Below, piece by piece: positions 32,319-46,116 of a stretch of 64,000 bases of DNA. Within the stretch, counting starts at the first letter, position 1. Each line of letters begins with the position of its first letter. The notes beneath the pieces were generated by a model. The model ran no database searches. It was not told the origin of the DNA and saw nothing but the letters and a program-made list of their open reading frames with translations. The DNA is from Heteronotia binoei (taxonomy: Eukaryota): NCBI RefSeq assembly GCF_032191835.1, contig NC_083237.1, forward strand, positions 17,360,001-17,424,000, given 5' to 3'. Position numbers and translations under genes: made by a program.

Positions 32319-35300
32319 GAAGGTAGAAGGGAAACGGGTCTCCGATTTGGACAGCAGGCTAGAAACTGGATTATACATCATCTCTTTGCACACAGGTTTC
32401 AGTCTCTGTCAGAACTGATGTCATATCACAGGATGTTCCAGAACATTCTAACTTCAGAAACGGGAGGGGCAGTCAATTCTGATGTTCCAGGCATAGAAAA
32501 AAAATGATTCCCACATGGTGCTTTGTCTTCCTACAGCAAGGTCGAGCTGCCCCCAGGTTGTTTTAATCAAGAAGCAACTAGGGAAAGATTTGAGGATGGA
32601 GTGTGTGGAAGGCAGGGTTTGGGGAGGGGAGTGGAGTATAACAGCATACACTCCACCCTCCCAAGTACGGTTGCCATGTGACTGCTGCGGATGGGAGATC
32701 TCCTACCGCCCATTGGCTCTTGCCTTCTGTCACTCCAAGTGGCCAGCAGAAGAAAGAAAAAAAAATCACCACTGGCAATGGAGTGGCATCATGTCCAAGA
32801 AACCCTGAACATGATGCCAGTCCCATCCAGGAATTGCTGTAAATTCTATAGTTTTGCCATAGAGATTCTGGAAATTCCTAGAGAGGTGGCACCACGCTGT
32901 CGCTGCAGGCCACCTCCCATTTCTCCACCTGGTTGCCCTACTACGCCTGGCCCCCTGACTTCCAAAGCAGCCAGTTTCTCTAGAAGAACTAATTTTTGTA
33001 GTCTGGAGATCCACTGTAATTCTGGGAAGTCTCCAGGCCCCATCAGGAAGCTGGCCATCCTGTCTGTGACAATCGAGGAATTTCCCCCAATCTCTATGGT
33101 ATTTACTATAGAGATTGGGGAAATTCCTACAGTGTTGTGACATTACTTCCAAGTAGGCTTCCCAACCCCCAGGTCCCAGCGGGGGATCCCCCGTTTTGAC
33201 AGGCTTCTCCCCGCCCCCAGCCAGCTGGCCGGCGGGGGAAGCCCCACCCCCACAGTCCTCCTGTAGTTTTAGAGCTCCGGCAGGTTTAGAAACCTGCAAA
33301 CAGTTTTTAAAATGTGTACCTTTAAGGCTGAGCAGGCAGCAGGAAACAGGAAACAGGAAGGGCTTCATGGGAAAAGATCAGTAAGTTTCCTCAGAGAACG
33401 GCCCCTCTCTTTCTTTTGCTTTCGTTTTCAGAGCAAGCAGGAATATTCTGCAGGAACAAGATCTAGTAAGTATTTGTGTGTGAGAGAGAGGGAGGGGGCA
33501 GGGGATTCCAAGGTTTGGAGGCCCTCCCCCCGCTTTAGATAGTGTGGGGGGGAGGGAAATGTCTACTGGGCACTCTATTATTCCCTATGAAGAACGATTC
33601 CCATAGGGAATAATGGGGAATTGATCCGTGGGTATTGGGGGCTCTGGGGGGGCTGTTTTTTGAGGTAGAGGAACCAATTTTTTAGTATAGCATCTAGTTC
33701 CTCTCCCCAAAATACTCCCCAAGTTTCAAAACGATTGGACCAGGGGGTCTAATTCTATGAGCCCCAAAATATGGTGCCCCTATCCCTCATTATTTCCTAT
33801 GGAAGAAAGGCATTTGAAAAGGTGTGCTGTCCCTTTAAATGTGATGGCCAGAACTCCCTTGGAGTTCAATTATACTTGTCACACCCTTGTCCCAAGCTCC
33901 ACCCCCAATGTCTCCTGGCTCCACCCCCAAAGTCTCCTGGCTCCGCCCCCAAAGTCCTCAGATATTTCTTGAATTGGACTTGGCAACCCTACTTCCAGGT
34001 GTTCATCTGCAAGCGATGTCACAGTGACCCAGGTGCTCCCGCCAAGCCCCACCCCTCAAAAGCTCCCAGGATTGGCAGCTGCGAGCCTGGCATGGCATGA
34101 GGAGGCCGGGGTTTCAGTTCTGAATATTCCCTTGTCTTCGAGGCATCCGATGTGACATTTTGGAAAGATACCATTGCAGCAGTCTGTTTGAAAAAAAAAT
34201 GCTGGTCCTTTTCAAAAGCAATTTGATCATTTTTCTAGTGCGGTTCACAGTTTTTTCGAGTTGCACTTAAAGGCCTCGATATAATCTTAAGGACCACAAC
34301 AGAATATGTGAACTTGAATGCATGTTGTTAATGAGCGTATGGAAAATTTATTGTGAAAAATTCATTGAATGATTATACGGGTGACTGCAAATAATATCTG
34401 TTTCTATTATTAGATACGTGCTGTAGTTTCTTTTTGTTTCTCCTTTGTTCATTATCATCCCTTTCCCTTTTTGTGGTGTGCTTAAAGAAAAGCCTGTGCA
34501 AGCAGAAAACCAGCACATAAAGGGGACAGATCTGCTAAAGTCATGATTAAAAAGTGAGTGCAGCTGTGGGTAACAAGTCCCAGGGCTTTTTTTTTGTAGC
34601 AGGAATTTCTTTGTATATTAGGCCACAGGCCCCTGATGTAGCCAGTACTCCAAGAGCTTTCAGTAGGTCCTGTACTAAGAGCCCTATAAGTTCCTGGAGG
34701 ATTGGCTACATTAGGGGTGTGTGGCCTAATATGCAAAGGAGCTCCTGCTAGAATTCCACCCCTGCTAACAACAAACTTCTTTATTGAAAGAACCAAACTG
34801 GAGAGCAATCAGGCAAAACAGGCAATAAACATAGTTGGGGAAGGACACACCTCTTTTAGTCAGCGGGAATCTGCCCCATTGGTCTCTCCAGGATCCTTGA
34901 TTTGCATGTACATTGATACACGCCTTGTGTCCCGATTGGCCAGTTGAGACAGAATAGCCAATCAGAACGTAGGCATTTGGGTCCTGGAGGGTAGAACCAT
35001 GCTTCAGTTACTAACACTATGAACAGTATATGAGCAAGAACACAGAACAGCACATAATAGTCTTGCTAGTTTTCTATCTGCAGGAAGTTTGGGCATGGGC
35101 AAGCATTCTAAAACACCATCTCCAATCTAATCACGCAGACCACTCTACCTGCATGTGTGAACGAGGCCTCCTCGTGCCTCTGCACTGGGTTTAATGAGCT
35201 CCTCTCCATGCAGAGATGCAGCAGCCTTACCTGTCCACAGTGGAGGCAGGCTCACAGGAACTCATGCAGATCTGCAACAGGTGGACTCCAAGGGCAGATT

Positions 35301-38300
35301 GCTCTTATTCTTTAAAACAAGCCTTGGGCAAGAGGTAAGAATGAAGCACGAATCCAATTTTAACTCAGAAGCAAGCCTGCATCAGCTACCAGCTGTTAGG
35401 GAAACAGCAGGTTCAAAGAACAACAGATGTGTACCAGTCACAGAGGAGCTGCATGGAGAGCATTGATAGCCACCCTCTGCCACGTGAAGCAGGCAGATAA
35501 AGAAGTCCCTGTTCTCGAAAGAAGGGGCGGGGAGAGAGCAGAGCTCCTTCAGGCGCCCGGTAGGGATTCCTTTGCACGTTACAGGAGGCCTGGCTATAGG
35601 TGAAGGGTGTTCATACTGACTTTTAAAGAGTTGAGGGAGGAGCCAAAGGCGGAGCTAATTGAAACAGGAGAAGCCCACACCATGGGTTGTAAACAAGCCT
35701 TTTTGACTTGCATGTAAAGCAGGGATTTCGGTGGTGTGCAACAACCAGGGGTAAGAGCTGGGAAGAGTGGGGCTGGGAGGGGGATCGGTGTGGGGGGGGG
35801 GGATGAAAAAGCAGGGAAGACCTAAGGTGACCACATTTCTTTCTTTCGAAGGCTCCTGAACTTCTAAGTCCTGCAAGACAGGTAGGAATTCATGATTTTT
35901 TTCATCCCTGCAGGGCAGACACACACCTCCTTATTTTTGTCTGTCTTGCAGCTATTACAGGTTCATGCGCTCTGCGAAGTTGTTCAGGGTGGTGAGAACC
36001 AGGGAGGACTGTGAGGCACTCCAGAGGGATCCGTCAAGGCTGGGCGAATGGGTGTCAACATGGCAAAGGAGGTTCAATGTGGGCAAGTGCCAAGTAATAA
36101 ATACACAGTGGGGCCAAAAATCCTAACTATAAATATACATGGATGGGGTCTGAACTGGCAGTAACTGTAGATAACTCCCTTGGAAACGGTCCGATTTAGA
36201 AGCAGCTCTGGACACACCAGTCCGAGCTGTTCTAATCTCGCGTCGCCCTGGTTCTTAGCCAGTTTGGTGTAGTGGTTAAGTGCGTGGACTCTTACCTGGG
36301 AGAACCGGGTTTGATTCCCCACTCCTCCACTTGCACCTGCTAGCATGGCCTTGGGTCACCATAGCTCTCGCAGGAGTTGTCCTTGAATGGGCAGATTCTG
36401 TGAAAGCCCTCTCACCCCCACCCACCTCACATGGTGTCTGTTGTGGGGGAAGAAAATAAGGAGATTGTAAACTGCTCTGAGCCTCTGATTCAGAGAGAAG
36501 GGCAGGGTATAAATCTGCGGTTTTCTTCTTCTTATGTTCAGAAATCCAGATATTGTCTAATGACACTCCTCAGCTTCTTTCCACCAACATCATGAAACTT
36601 AGAAAACAAATGAACATCTTAATCCCACTTAAAGCTGTGATGACCAATATTGTAAGTGCCAGAAGCTGATCCAGCTGCTCTTCTTGTCACAGTGGTGGTA
36701 GGAAGTCCAGTTGAATCACAGCTGACATAGAGTAACCTCATAGGGTTTTCCAGGGCTTTTTTTTTTTTGCAGCACGAGCTCCTTTGCATATTAGGCCACA
36801 TACCCTTGATGTAGCCGATCCTCTAAGAGCTTACAGGACTCTTAGTACAGGGCCTGCTGTAAGCTCTTGGAGGATTGGCTACATAAGGGGTGTGTGGCCT
36901 AATAGGCAAAGGAGTTGCAGCTACAAAGAAAGCCCTGCGGTTTTCAAGACAGGAGAAGTGGTTGGCCATTGCTGCATGTGCGGAAATCCTGGACATCCAC
37001 CAGCCAGGATCAATGACTGCATAGATTCTGAGATTGGTGAAATCAGGACATCCCAATCAGGGCTTTTTGGATTACAACTAGAAAAATTCTAGAACAAAGT
37101 GTAAGTCCGGTAGCACTTTTCAGACCAACAAAGATTTATTCGCGGTATGAGCTTTTGTGTGCAAGCACATTTCTTCAAGTACAAACAATGGAATAAAACC
37201 TCCTCAGGTCCTTCTTACAGGAGAAGGGGGGGGGGGAGCAGCTATTAGGAAGCTCTACTCATAGCCAAGATGCATAAGTTGAGCTGAAATAAGATCAGGT
37301 GACCGGTAAAATCAAGAAATGGCAGCAAATCTGCACGTGTATGCGACAAAATAGTGCTTCGGCCCTGGTGTCATTTTGGGCTGGAAGCAGCCAGCAAAGC
37401 CTGAGATGATTTTAAAGAAGTGTCTCGATAAAATGACAGTTTGACAACCTCTTCAGCTCAGCTGCCTGAACATAAGAGAAGCCATGTTTTTTTTTTCTTT
37501 CACATTTATATTTTTTATTATATTAACATCGAAATAATACATAGAAAACACTGCATAACAATCCAAATACCAATACCCCCACACACATAACGATACATAC
37601 AATACACAAAATACATGAGAAGCCATGTTGGATCAGTCCAATGGCCCATCCAGTCCAACACTCTGTGTCACACAGTGGCCAAAACAAGCAAGTGCCATCA
37701 GGAGGTCCACCAGTGGGGATAGAAGCCCTCTCACTGTATTTCTCTTCAAAGAGAACTGTATTACCGTTTTCGCACACAGCTTACCTCGCAGTCACAATCC
37801 TGTTCCCTCCGCAGCGTCTGTCAGATTTCCCACCATCTGCGCCGGAGTTACAGGAAGTGCCGCAGCTTTTGCGTAGCAAACAAAAACTGGGTTTTACCCA
37901 TTTACATTTGCTACACAAAAGCTGCGGCACTTCCTGTAACTTTGGCGCAGATGGTGGGAAATCCGACAGACGCTGCGGAGGGAACAGGATTGTGACTGCG
38001 AGGTAAGCTGTGTGCGAAAACGGTCCAATTCTTTTCAAAGCCAGGATTCCTCTGGGAAACATAGCCATACAGTTCTCAAAATGTTTCTGCCTTATTCATG
38101 GGTAATTCATTTCATTCACTTATTGGACCATTAAATCCAACATTAGTGAAATCCCAGTTGTTACATTTTAATTCATGGCAGGAGAACTGACTTGGGAAGG
38201 TTCCTTCTCAATTTTATATCCTTTCTAAAACAGACCAACACAGTCAGAGAGAATGACACATCCTCTCCAGCAGAGGGCAGCACACACAAACATACCCATT

Positions 38301-39333
38301 ATACTTTATGCTCAGTGAAAGGTGTTACTATTTTACAGTGACAGACTAGCATGGCTAACTCCTTTGGATCCAGGGCCTTTTCTGAGCAGGAACGCAGTTC
38401 CGGCTGGCTTGGCATCAGGGGGTGTGGCCTAATGTGCAAATGAGTTCCTGCTGGGCTTTTTCTGCAAAAATGCCCTGTGTGAAACAATGTTGCTGTTGCA
38501 AACTACTTCATTTCCAGCAGCAGTGCATAGGGCAGCCTCCATGCGGAAACACCCTACAACAGCTACAGGAATTATCTATACAGTTAAGCTAGTTTCATGG
38601 ACAGCGCCTGTCCCAACACCGGATTCAATCCATTTTTTTGTGAAGCTGCCAAGAGTTATCTAAACACCCCCAGTCTTTCAGAAAAGAATAGGCCAAAGGT
38701 TAACTGATTTGCTAACTGGCGTACACTCAGGACATGTATATCTGGCTGCTGCACAATCAACACAACACTTTGAGAGAGAGAGAAAGAGACAGACAGACAG
38801 AGACAGAGAATTCAACATTTCATTGCTGTTTTGTGTGATTGGTCCTATATCCTCTTTGATTTGCTCAGCCAGAGACTCCTAGGGGTTAAGATGCCATCAT
38901 AAAGTCAAAGGCAAAGCTATTGGATAGGCTCTTTGCAGTGCCCAGGGGTCACGTGACAGGACTCATTTCCTCTTTTGCTCTCCCTTTCATTTCCCATAGT
39001 GAAACCGAGACTTTGCTCTAAGCCAACCAGCGTGAGGAACTCCAGAAATTCCAGCGGAGTCATTCTCTTGAGCTGAGCCAGCCAGGAAGGCAGGAGGAGA
39101 CGGGAGTGAAGATTCCTGGGCTCCTGGACTGGAAATACGGTTGGCTGAGCTGTCGACTATGAATTAGAGATTCCTGAGCCACAAGACTTGTTGGAGAAGA
39201 AAATCAGGTCTGATGAGCTGTCAGTGGACGGAGCATAAAGCAGATTCCTGACTCCTGTCGCTTCTGCATCCTGCTCAGCAGAACTTTTTTATTTTTTGTA
39301 GCAGGAACTCCTTTGCATATTTCGGCCACACAC

Positions 39334-39486
39334 GTAAGGCTTGCTGAAGCATTAGTTATAGTAAGGCTTGCTGAAGTATTAGTTATGGTAAGGCTTGCTG
39401 AAACATTAGATATAATAAGGCTTGCTGAAGCATTAGTTATGGTAAGGCTTGCTAAAGTATTAGTTATGGTAAGGCTTGCTGAAGTA
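39334..39486 (+). repeat. Short 27-bp minisatellite array (5 units plus a partial); second copy at 61468-61620
   Basis: Unit starts at 39334, 39361, 39388, 39415, 39442 and 39469, in the same orientation as the long arrays. Confidence 0.96.
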
Positions 39487-39614
39487 TAGATTAAGTACTA
39501 TTGTTTGGAGTATCTTGCTAGGACTGCCCGCCACACAGACGTTCTACTAACTATTAAGGTTTTATTTGTACTATTATATCTCCTCCTAATTGCTGGTGTT
39601 TCATTTGTATTGGT

Positions 39615-39660
39615 AATAAAACTTGTTTATTAAAAAGAACATAGACTTGGGTTTATTCTT
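39615..39660 (+). terminator. Putative polyadenylation site (AATAAA 39615-39620, CA about 20 nt downstream, then a T/GT-rich element); copy at 61749
   Basis: Canonical hexamer, spacing and downstream element. Assignment to the X gene is inference. Confidence 0.45.
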
Positions 39661-39786
39661 GAGGCGCTGAATCCATGGGTCTTCCAGAGAGCCCACCGCC
39701 CAAGAGAGACGCTGGGCAGATTTGCTCCTACCATCACTGAGTGCCCATCCGAGGAAGAGATGAAGGTCTCCATAGAGTAAGACTTA

Positions 39787-40080
39787 AAAAAAAAAAAAGG
39801 TAAAGGTGCAAGCAGCAGTCATTTCCAACTCTGGGGTGATGGCGCATCACGATGTTTTCTCGGCAGACTGTTTTACGGGGTGGTTTGCCACTGCCTTCCC
39901 CAGTCATCGACACTTCCCCCCAGAAAGTGGGGTACTCATTCGGCCGACCTCGGAAGGATGGAAGGCTGAGTCAACCTGGAGCCAGCTACCTGAACCCAGC
40001 TTTGCCGGGATGGAACTCAGGTCCTGAGCAGAGCTTGGACTGCAATACTGCAGCTTTACCACTCTGCGCCACGGGGCTCC
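39787..40080 (-). mobile_element. Sauria-type tRNA-derived SINE; copy at 61920-62213
   Basis: Minus-strand head gagccccgTGGCGCAGAGTGGtaaagc, a B-box-like GAGTTCCATCC, and an (ACCTTT)-type tail. Confidence 0.8.
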
Positions 40081-40103
40081 TTGAGGAGGACTAGATAGCA
40101 TCG

Positions 40104-40328
40104 TATTTTATTTCTTTTATTTACTTCATCTCTATCCCACCTCACACCCCAATAGGGACCTAAAGTGCAGGCCATCCTCCATTCTATCCTCACAACGACC
40201 TTGGTGAGGCTGAGAGTGGTGCCGGGCTCAAGGCCACCAGGAGGCTTCCATGGCAGGAGTCGGGATTCAAACCCCAGGTCTTCCCAGGTCCTAGTCCAAT
40301 ACTCTTAACCAGTGCATCATGCTGGCTC
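40104..40328 (-). mobile_element. Older tRNA-derived SINE with an L2-like tail; copy at about 62237-62461
   Basis: Minus-strand ggtttgaatccc B-box; plus strand cattctatcctcacaac..gtgagg is a typical L2/CORE-SINE 3' part. Confidence 0.55.
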
Positions 40329-43300
40329 ATATCTTACCCGCAGCCAGCCATGCCTGGAGCTCCTCTAAACACAGCCATATCCAAAGAGGATAAGTTGGGC
40401 ATTTGCCCAAAGGCCAAGGGTGCCCTCCCCAACAACCTCCCCGAGGGTGGGAAGGAGTCTAGCAAGCCCTGGCTCTTTCTGGTGTGGAGGAGCCCAGGGC
40501 CTTTGAAGGCAGACCGCAGCCCCCTGTGCTGTTCCTTGGTGGCAGTGGGACATCCCTGAAAGAAGAAGAATAGCAGATTTATTCCCCGCCCTTCTCCCTG
40601 AATCAGAGACTCTAGATGGGGCCTGGAGATCTCTCAGGATTACAACTGAACTCCAGACCATGGAAGAGTCAAGTTTCAGCTTTCGTGTGCTAGAAGCTCA
40701 CGTCATCAGACAATAGTATGGAATGGCAAGCAGTCCTAATTACAGAGAAAGTGGGCAGTGAGTTCATATGCAGAGTCATGGGGATGTTATTTAGCAGATT
40801 TAAAGAATCACAAGTTGGGGTCTGGTGTTTATCAGTTAGTGTCTGATGAAGTGTGCTTAGAGCACATGAAAGCATACATTCTGAATAAAACTTTGTGGGT
40901 CTTAAAGGTGCAAAATTGACTCTTGCTTTGTTCCACTGCTTCAGACCAACCTGGATCTATCCAGACCATGGAGATCACTTCACCTGCAGAAAATGCCTGC
41001 TTTGGAGGGTTTATGTCTTTCCACAGTTTTATGGCATTATATACTGTCCCTCCACAGGCTCCACCCACAAATCTCCAGGCATTTCTCAGCCTGGAGTTGT
41101 CAAGCCTACCACCCCTGGACTGGGTTGTCTTTTTGGGTCTGAGACTTGTGTTTCAGTGGACGGATGAAACCTGGAGGGGGCCAGCTCTGGCACACGCTCA
41201 TTGGCTTCTTTTAAGATGTCTCTGCATGTCTGCTTGCAGGGTTGGCCTTGGAAATTCTAGACTCACACAGTGAATTCTCAGCCGATGCAGGGTGTTAGTT
41301 TCAGAGTTGGTCCGGTCCTAAGAACATAAGAGAAGCCATGTTGGATCAGGCCAGTGGCCCATCCAGTCCAACACTCTGTATCACACAGTGGCCAAAAATT
41401 TAGACATATACATATATATACACACTGTGGCTAATAGCCACTGATGGACCTCTGCTCCATATTTTTATCTAAACCCCTCTTGAAGCTGGCTATGCTTGTA
41501 GCTGCCACCACCTCCTGTGGCAGTGAATTCCACATGTTAATCACCCTTTGGGTGAAGAAGTACCTCCTTTTATCTGTTCTAACCCGACTGCTCAGCAATT
41601 TCATTGAATGCCCACAAGTTCTTGTATTGTGAGAAAGGGAGAAAAGTACTTCTTTCTCTACCTTCTCCATCCCATGCATAATCTTGTAAACCTCTATCAT
41701 GTCACCCCGCAGTTGACGTTTCTTCAAGCTAAAGAGCCTCAAGCGTTTTAACCTTTCTTCCTAGGGAAAGTGTTCCAAACCTGTAATAATTCTAGTTGCC
41801 CTTTTCTGCACTTTTTCCAGTGCTATAATATCCTTTTAATATATTATCCTATATATAATATATATTCTTTTAATATAATTTTAATATAATATCCTGGGTG
41901 AAGCTATGGGAAACAAACTACATGCTAATGGGTTGGTTGGCCAGGAGTGAAGCTCTATGATGCCTTCCTGTGAAATATACATGATAACTTTTGTAGTGCC
42001 TTCCTTTGAAATCTACAAACTTACAAGATAGCCTTTGAAATGCCTTCTTCTGAAATCTACAAATCTTTATGGCCACTTTTGAAGGAATCATTGTGGGGAG
42101 GGGGACAACTGAAGAGTGGATTGATTTCCTCTTGAAAGAATTACAGATTGCATTGTGAACATCCATTGGTGAGAGAGAAAGGACTTCTATTGTATGAGGA
42201 TTGTGATCCCTGTTCACAAGGACTTGTACAGTTAGTGACTAGTGGTGATGTATGCAGGGCTTTTTTGGCAGAAAAAGTCTAGCAGGAACTCATTTGCATA
42301 TTAGGCCACACCCCCTGATGTCACCATTGTTTCACATAAGGGTTTTTGTAGAAAAAGCCTAGCGGGAATACATTTGCATATTAGACCACACACCCTGACA
42401 CCAAGCCAGCCGGAACTGTGTTCCTCTGCGTTCCTGCTCAAAAAAGCCCTGGGTGTATGCATGATTTTGTAGCGAATTGGATAAGCATATGGAGCAGAAG
42501 TCCATCAGGAGCTTCCATCAGGGGCTATTAGCCATAGCGTATTGTTGGAACTCTCTGTCTGGGGCAGTGATGATCTGTATTCTTGGTGCTTGGGCTTGGG
42601 GGGGCAACAGTGGGAGGACTTCTGGTGTCCTGGCCCCACTGATGGACCTCCTGATGGCACCTGGGGTTTTGGCCACTGTGTGACACAGACTTTTGGACTG
42701 AATGGGCCATTGGTCTGATTCAACATGGCTCTTCTTATGTTCTTATGAATTAATTGAATATATTAATTAAGTGTATGGATTAAAGTTACATTAAGATAGT
42801 TTATAAATGCGAGTATTGTATACATTTTAATTAGTAATTGTGGTTGCAATAGTCTGAGTGTCAAGCACAGTAAAATTCGATTGATAATTGATTGTTTTAG
42901 GGTCCTCCATAACACTGGTCTGTGAAATGTCTCGGAGGTCTGTTAACTCTGTTATTCTTTCCCCAACCCCTTCTTGCTTTATTGCTTGCAAAGTAGAAGT
43001 AGAGAGAAACTAAACTAACTTGAGAAGAAGTAATCAGCACCTTCCCATACATTCCTGTTAGGGAGTGCGACACATCTGGAGAGAGCAAGGACAGAGTCCT
43101 GATAACGCCGTGAGAATGTAGACATTTATGATAGTTTATGTGTGAGAGCTATCCCTTGCCCCCACCTTTTGGAATCCTTTTGAAGTAAGCCTTAAAAATA
43201 TTGTATCAATGTATCTGTAGCATCATTCTCAAGAATCTGTTACACTGAAAGTATCCTTATATCAATAAATGTAGTTTTGTATCAAGCTCGACTCGTCATT

Positions 43301-46116
43301 GAAACCGCATGCTTGACACTGAGGGCTTTGTTTCACTTTGCTCCATTTATCATTGCAATTCTCCCAGGATTTGGTAACCTCCAGGTGGGGCTTGAAGATC
43401 TCCTGGAATTACAACTGGCCTTCAAAAGACTCCCACATTGCATCGAAGGAAACACCATTTTCTAATGCTGCACGCTGTACTTAGAAATGAAGTCTTGTGC
43501 CCTTAAGAACATAAAAAAAGCCATGTTGGATCAGGCCAATGGGCCATCTGAATGAACTAGATCTTTCAAACTTCTAGTATGTCTGAAGCCAATGAAAGGA
43601 GGCATACTGCTCCCAGGAATATCAAGCAAAAGATGCCAATGTTTATAAAGGTGAGAAAAAGGGGTGTGGTTGAAGGCACAAGAGATTTTATTAGTAGTCC
43701 TCTTACAAAAGATCTACAAAAGTAGATTTAAAATCTAAAAATTTACAAAAGTAGTCCTCTTACAAAAGTCCTCTACAAAAGATCTTTACGATCCACACTG
43801 TAAGCCCTACCCACTGCAGATTGCACAATTAATCTAGAGTAGCCACGTGTCAAAAATGCATTCTGCGACTTTTTACAGTCCCTCATATAATCACTGTGTT
43901 TAGTGGAGTTCCTTTCTACGTGTAAAAATTGGCTGTATGGCAAACTCTCACACATGCATAAGAAGTACATAGATAAGCTCTTTGGGATCCTGAATAAATA
44001 TGAATATAATGATGTTGATCCACACTGTACACAGCTCCATTACTTTTACGGGATCCGGCAATGCAGATATGGTTTCTTTTTTAGGCTGGTGTATTTACCA
44101 CACCTGTAATTATACTCTGGCCATGCACCTATTTAGGAACCCTACAGATCGGAGTTCCGTTTTATATTTTCGATCCTTCCATCCACGACATTTGCTGGCC
44201 CCGGGTCATCCAGTGACGTTCCATGCTGTGATTCAAAACTGGGTCTTCCAGATATTGTCCAATGCTTATACCACACTAGCTCTCAAGGCTTTGAGATACC
44301 TTGGGCTTTGATATCATGGAAGAGGAAGAAAAGTTCTCTCTAGCCCCTTCTCAGTGTTGCATGTTTTGTAAACCTTTATTTCTCACCTTGCAGTCAGTTG
44401 GGATTACCATGTTCTTTGCCTTTTTGAGGTGGGAGCAAAGAGGACTGCATCCAGTAATACAACTGGAACAACATCAAAGTTTAACATAATGGCCTTAGGC
44501 AATGGGCCTCCAATAGGGTTGCCAGGTCTCTGTTGGAAAATACCTGGAGACTTTGGGGGTGGATCCAGGAGTGGGTGGGCACTGGGGAGGGGAGGGGCCT
44601 CACTCAGCAGGAGACAATGCCCGAGTCCACCCTTCAAAGCAGCCACTCTCTCCAGGGGAGCTGATCTCTGCCAGCTGGAGGTCAGTTGTAAAAGCAGATC
44701 TCCAGGCCCCACCTGGAGGCTGGTAACCCTAGCCTCCAATTACCTTTTTGCTTGCTTATCTTCAGAGGCTGAAGTTCTCTTGAGGCACCTTCTTGGCCCA
44801 TTTTGCCCTTGAACCAAGATGGCTTTTCTCTCCCTTTTCTCCTCAGAACTCCCCCTGTCTTCCCTCATGCCTCTCCTTTTCCCTTCAGGCCTGGAGATTT
44901 GAGAGCAGCACAGGGCCAGAGATTCCACCCTCCAAAAGCATCCGAATTCTCCAGGGCTACTGATCTCTGTAGTCTGGAGATGAGTTGTAATCCCAAGAGA
45001 TCCCCAGACCCCACTTGGAGGATGGCACCCCTAAATCCTGGGGACTCTTCTAGAGGGTGGAGTCTGTGACATTATGCCCCGCTGAGGTCCCTCGCCTCCC
45101 CAAACCCGGCCTCCTGCAGTCACCACTCCCAAAACTCCAGCCATTTTCTCATCTGGACTTTATAGCCCTACAGACAGGGAAGTCCTCCAGAGACACCAAG
45201 GCCACAGACGTTTCTTGTGTTGAAAACATTTTATTGCATTTAGAAAGGGAAAGGGGAAAGAGAAATGGGAATAAAAAAATTTTCGCTGTTCCATTTCTGA
45301 ATGATACAAAAATAGATAACACATGAAAAGCAAAGTATTTCTCTATATAAGTTAAGTTGCAACAAATTACTGTCTTTTGATCTGTTGATATAATCTCATT
45401 TTAACAATCAAAATTCTACTAATTCATAGTTTCATACTACTAACATGGCCTGTAAAGGACAAAGTTATACCAGAGTGTCTAACCAAGTATAGAAGGGATT
45501 CCAAAGGATCTGTTTCTTGTACTGATCTCTCCTTCGGGGGAGAGGAAAGTTTGTCCAACTCAGCTGTTTCTAATACTTTTCCAATTGGATCTTGTTTCTA
45601 ATGCTCTTGTGAGAGGCAGCCCTGGATGCTCAGAGGAACTTGGGGATGTGAAAATGCTATCATATATTTAAAATAGTTCCATAAATAGTCATATTTCTGG
45701 GCATGCAGGTGTTTGGGCTGGTCCACGGCATACAATTGGCCACTGGCTCTTTCAGTTGATGGGAAATGCGGCTCCGTGGTCAACACAGCATGAGTGACAC
45801 TGATGAAATGCCAGAAACACAAACAAGTTTTAACAGCAGTTTGCTTCCCTTCAGGCCTTGACGTCTGTTTTCTCTGTTTGGTGGGTTACCCCAGCAGTGC
45901 CAGGTGGGAAACGTTCTACCCTAGTGAAACAATCCAGAGCCCATTGTGATGCAATCTCGGAACCTAGACTGCCTTTTCCGTTGGGTGGATACAGGTTCAA
46001 CTGTCAACTGACTCTTGGACTAGCATCCATCTGCTGGGAAAATTGAGAGCTCAGTTTATTCAATTCTCCAGAGCAGCAATCAGTCATTGCCTAATCTGGA
46101 CTTTGTAGCCCTACAG

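Larger units (their letters stand above)
15738..39333 (+). repeat. Three head-to-tail NAT modules: a 15738-22471, b 22472-30906, c 30907-39333
   Basis: The ORF-track pattern repeats, with NAT spacings of 6,649 and 8,436 bp. Module junctions fall inside an intact palindromic MITE at ...ggcCACACACccctg... Confidence 0.95.

Noticed and set aside
13492-39645. The split minisatellite region as an LTR (TGTTT...AACA)
   Set aside because: No matching target-site duplication and no convincing inverted termini; a 3' UTR with a poly(A) site explains it better.
40350-40559. MPGAPLNT... ORF as the first coding exon of the X gene
   Set aside because: The start context is reasonable, but there is no convincing donor site and the paralogue near 62483 has an in-frame TAG. 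Left unassigned.
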